64,000 bases of DNA. Source: Candidatus Chisholmbacteria bacterium RIFCSPHIGHO2_01_FULL_52_32. GTDB lineage: Bacteria > Patescibacteriota > Microgenomatia > UBA1400 > Chisholmbacteraceae. How positions within the stretch are numbered: the stretch's first letter is position 1; every line of letters begins with the position of its first letter. The stretch covers positions 586,681 through 650,680 of the forward strand of contig MHCJ01000003.1 in assembly GCA_001816585.1 (NCBI GenBank). Reading direction: 5' to 3'. The notes under the pieces were generated by a model. The model saw only the letters and a program-made list of their open reading frames with translations, made no database searches and was not told the origin of the DNA. Positions 62,626 through 64,000 of this stretch are shown piece after piece. The position numbers and the translations under genes are program-made.

Positions 62626-64000
62626 TTATTTCAGGGCGATTTTCAGCACCTCGTCCATGTGGGAGACGTAGTGGAACTTCAGATCCCGTTTGACATTATC
62701 GGGGACGTCAACGAGATCCTTCTTGTTGTTCTTGGGGAGGATGATCTCTTTGAGGCCGGCGCGGTGGGCGGCAATCACTTTCTCCTTGACACCTCCGATT
62801 TCAAGAACCCTGCCCCGAAGCGTGACCTCCCCGGTCATTCCCACTTCGCGACGGGTCGGACGGTCGGTGAGGGCGGAAACGAGGGCTGTAGTCATGGTTA
62901 CTCCGGCTGACGGTCCGTCTTTGGGGACTGCGCCTTCGGGTACATGGATATGGACGTTTACGTTTTCGAAGTTTGTGTCCTTGAGGTTTAACTCCTTCCA
63001 GCGGCTGCGCACGTACGAGAGGGCGGCTCTGCCTGATTCCTTCATCACGTCCCCAAGCTGGCCGGTTAACGTCAGCTTCCCTTTCCCCGGCATGAGCGCG
63101 ACCTCGACGAACAGAATATCGCCGCCGGCTTGGGTGTATGCCAAACCGGTTGCCACACCCGTTTCATCCCGTTTTTCCGCAAGGGTTTCGGTAAATTTAT
63201 CCGGGCCAAGATAATCCGCAACGCTTTTCCGGGTAATCGTCAGCTTGCCTTTTTTCCCTTCGGCGATTTTGCGGGCTACTTTTCTGGAGATCTTGGCTAA
63301 CTCGCGCTCCAGGTTCCTGACCCCTGCTTCCCTCGTGTAGCGTTTGATAATGTGGTGAAGGATGTTTGCCGGAACATTGAAGTTTCTTTCCGAGAGGCCA
63401 TTTGCTTTCAAAACTTTTTCGATGAGGTGGCGTTTGGCGATGTGGAACTTTTCATCTTCGGTGTATCCGGAGAATTCAATGACTTCGAGCCGATCGCGGA
63501 GGGCCGGGGGAACGGTATCGAGAACGTTACCCGTGGTGATAAACATCACTTCCGAGAGGTCGAAGGGAACTTCAAGGTAGTGATCGGAAAAATCCCGGTT
63601 CTGTTCCGGATCGAGAGCCTCAAGCAGTGCCGCCGACGGGTCGCCGCGAAAGTCGATCCCTATTTTGTCGATCTCATCAAGCATAAAAACCGGATTCTTT
63701 GTCCCGACCGTCCGAATCCCTTGGATGATTCGGCCGGGCATGGCTCCGACATAGGTCCGTCTGTGCCCCCGGATTTCCGCTTCGTCCCGAATACCGCCCA
63801 GAGAAATCTTGATGAATTTTCTTCCCAAGGCTCTGGCGATGGAACGGCCGATTGAGGTTTTTCCTACGCCAGGCGGTCCGACGAAACAGAGGATAGTCGG
63901 CATGGCCTTTTCACCGGGCCTTTCTTCTTTTTCATCATGGCTTCTGGCGCCGGTTTTTGTCTTCACGCTGCCCTTGATTTTGAGGACCGCCAGGTACTCC
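62626..64000 (-). CDS. lon: Lon protease (AAA+ and S16 domains present; N-terminal domain beyond window)
   Basis: GPPGVGKTS Walker A; protease PKDGPSAG catalytic Ser. The reading frame continues upstream of the track's internal Met to the window edge. Confidence 0.85.
   Translation of the reverse strand, partial: EYLAVLKIKGSVKTKTGARSHDEKEERPGEKAMPTILCFVGPPGVGKTSIGRSIARALGRKFIKISLGGIRDEAEIRGHRRTYVGAMPGRIIQGIRTVGTKNPVFMLDEIDKIGIDFRGDPSAALLEALDPEQNRDFSDHYLEVPFDLSEVMFITTGNVLDTVPPALRDRLEVIEFSGYTEDEKFHIAKRHLIEKVLKANGLSERNFNVPANILHHIIKRYTREAGVRNLERELAKISRKVARKIAEGKKGKLTITRKSVADYLGPDKFTETLAEKRDETGVATGLAYTQAGGDILFVEVALMPGKGKLTLTGQLGDVMKESGRAALSYVRSRWKELNLKDTNFENVNVHIHVPEGAVPKDGPSAGVTMTTALVSALTDRPTRREVGMTGEVTLRGRVLEIGGVKEKVIAAHRAGLKEIILPKNNKKDLVDVPDNVKRDLKFHYVSHMDEVLKIALK

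Overview
The window is a gene-dense chromosomal segment of about 50% GC, probably from an uncultivated bacterium. About 85% of genes lie on the minus strand and most lack a Shine-Dalgarno sequence. Several traits recur in Patescibacteria/CPR-like genomes, but lineage cannot be proven from sequence alone: a minimal [NiFe] hydrogenase, a compact envelope glycosylation locus, a sortase, and a free-standing four-helix-bundle (23S-IVS type) protein. The presence of RF2 (prfB) argues for the standard code with UGA as a stop.

Core genes I can support: prfB, a ClpC/ClpB-like ATPase, secA, serS, lysS, greA, sodA, a partial lon, tsaD, a tsaC-tsaE fusion, ftsE/ftsX with an EnvC-like M23 peptidase, a MurF-like ligase, DacA, and one tRNA-Glu(CUC). 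Accessory or odd content follows.
- Telomere-like (GGGTTTA)n heptamer arrays abut the start codons of prfB, the clpC-like gene and serS. Further short tandem-repeat families sit in 5' leaders and at gene 3' ends.
- A GC-rich island (about 62% GC over ~27.3-28.5 kb) holds one foreign-looking gene with a strong SD, flanked by long structured non-coding regions.
- A sortase lies beside a tiny Cys-loop substrate-like protein, and a second minimal sorting-signal protein lies elsewhere.
- There is a two-subunit [NiFe] hydrogenase (large and small subunit), accompanied by HypC, a HypC-like domain protein, a maturation protease, and membrane proteins in the same operon.
- There are unusual fusions and truncations: TsaC+TsaE, CBS+HPF-like, a membrane-anchored ClpC-like ATPase, and a 100-aa mini-TsaB.
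- Also present: a MacAB-like pump plus an ABC-2 exporter, a RelE/Phd pair, and a giant 1353-aa GT-C-like membrane protein in a glycosyltransferase cluster.

The supplied ORF track omits the edge-truncated genes (1..1219 and lon), and many track ORFs carry spurious N-terminal extensions from alternative start codons. No CRISPR array, cas gene, rRNA or obvious IS element was seen.
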